DNA of 64,000 nt from Planktothrix sp. GU0601_MAG3 (lineage in GTDB: Bacteria > Cyanobacteriota > Cyanobacteriia > Cyanobacteriales > Microcoleaceae), in assembly GCA_035193785.1 (NCBI GenBank), contig CP136572.1, positions 2,772,578-2,836,577 of the forward strand. The letters are read 5' to 3'. Under the pieces are notes generated by a model that saw only the letters and a list, made by a program, of their open reading frames with translations, searched no databases and had not been told where the DNA came from. Each line of letters opens with the position of its first letter. Position 1 is the stretch's first letter. This document shows positions 62,729 through 64,000 of the stretch, one piece after another. A program made the position numbers and the translations under genes.

Positions 62729-63793
62729 ATGATTCAGCCGATTTACAATCCCCCTTTCACGCTAAAAAATGGTTTATTAATGACTATTTATGCAGCATTA
62801 AGAGCCAGTCGAACTTGGGAAAAACATATTCATTTACCGGAACCCACCTATCAAGAAATGGTTTTTTTAGGGGCTTTGGGCGTTCCGATTTATGGGATTG
62901 TGGCAATTCCTGAAAACCCCAGAGGAACAATTATTTCCACCTATGGAATTACTGGTACTTTAGACAATCAATGGTTTTTAAGAATTTGGGGAAGAAAAGC
63001 CTTTGCTGCGGGTTATGCTGTTGTTTTATTTGATTGGAGAGCCCACGGAAAAACCGCAGAATTATCTCCAACTTTAACCTCCGATGGTTTATATGAAGGG
63101 GAAGATTTTGTTAGAATTGCGGCTCAATCTAAATTAATGGGTTGTCCGGCTCCTTTTTGGTTTACGGGTTATTCTTTAGGGGGACAATTAGCATTATGGG
63201 GGATTAAAACGGCTCAAACCGTCAATCAATGGGGAGCGGATTTAGACCTGCAAGATTCGGATATTGCTGGAGGTGCCGTGATTTGTCCCAGTTTAGATTC
63301 TACTCGTTCCCTATCTTATTTAGTCCAACATTCCTGGGGAAAATATTTAGAAAGAGCCATTACAAAAGAACTCAAAAAATTAGCGAGAAACCTTCATCAG
63401 TATCATCCTAATGATATTGATCCCGAGGCAATTAAACGGGCAAATTCAATCTGGGGATTTGACAATGAATTAGTGATTGGACGCTTAGGATTTAAGAGTG
63501 TGGAAGCTTATTATGAAGCCAGTAGTGGGTTACAGTTAATTCCTAAAATCAGTAAACCCACGTTGATTTTATATGCCGAGGATGATCCTCTATTTGATCC
63601 AACTATTATTCCCGATTTAAAAGCCGCCAGTCATCAGAATACAGCTATTGATTTAGTATCAACTAATTATGGGGGTCATGTCGGTTATATTAGTAGTAAA
63701 ATTTGCCAAAATCAATTTAATGACCCTGACCGATGGTGGGCTTGGAATCGAATTTTAGATTGGCTTGATCAACAGGAAAAACCAAAAAATTAG
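62729..63793 (+). CDS. YheT-like alpha/beta hydrolase
   Basis: GYSLGG, YAEDDP, GGHVG. Confidence 0.88.
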   Translation: MIQPIYNPPFTLKNGLLMTIYAALRASRTWEKHIHLPEPTYQEMVFLGALGVPIYGIVAIPENPRGTIISTYGITGTLDNQWFLRIWGRKAFAAGYAVVLFDWRAHGKTAELSPTLTSDGLYEGEDFVRIAAQSKLMGCPAPFWFTGYSLGGQLALWGIKTAQTVNQWGADLDLQDSDIAGGAVICPSLDSTRSLSYLVQHSWGKYLERAITKELKKLARNLHQYHPNDIDPEAIKRANSIWGFDNELVIGRLGFKSVEAYYEASSGLQLIPKISKPTLILYAEDDPLFDPTIIPDLKAASHQNTAIDLVSTNYGGHVGYISSKICQNQFNDPDRWWAWNRILDWLDQQEKPKN

Positions 63794-63877
63794 TTATAAT
63801 ATTAAAGTTGATTTGGTTAATATTATTATGAAATAGATAGGCTAAAATTAATTAAAATAACTTCGGAGGTAAAATCC

Positions 63878-64000
63878 ATGGTACAAACCCCATCTAAAAT
63901 TATCACTGTAGCAGAGTTTCTGAAACAACCTGAAACGAAACCTGCTAGTGAATATATTGAAGGTCAAATCATCCAAAAACCCATGCCCCAAGGAAAACAT
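63878..64000 (+). CDS. Uma2-family endonuclease (3'-partial)
   Basis: GGAGG RBS; EFL..PETKPASEYI.G.I.QKPMPQGKH. Confidence 0.88.
   Translation, partial: MVQTPSKIITVAEFLKQPETKPASEYIEGQIIQKPMPQGKH

Overview
Chromosomal window from a filamentous cyanobacterium; the 16S sequence reads as Planktothrix-like and HIP1 GCGATCGC sites are frequent. Most of it is housekeeping: metK, tRNA-His, a 16S-23S rRNA operon, hisG, dapL, recO, deoC, a pyrC-like gene, ctaCDE/ctaAB, bciB, argZ/agrE, sensor kinases and hydrolases. Mobile and accessory content: a nested REP/MITE/ISAs1 insertion, a tnpB-only IS605-type element, an IS200/RAYT-like tnpA with REP palindromes, a small toxin-antitoxin/Mrr islet and many short tandem repeats. 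The strongest hidden pattern is that all 25 +1 frameshifts I traced fall on GAAAC/GTTTC and are repaired by restoring GAAC/GTTC. That is the canonical Dnd phosphorothioation motif, so the errors may be a sequencing footprint of a DNA modification rather than pseudogenes (inference; no dnd genes are in the window). Other highlights: an rrn operon with no 5S and no ITS tRNAs, a glutamine (glnA-motif) riboswitch ahead of an unannotated small membrane protein, and a duplicated TnpB right-end sequence. All calls are by eye, without database searches.
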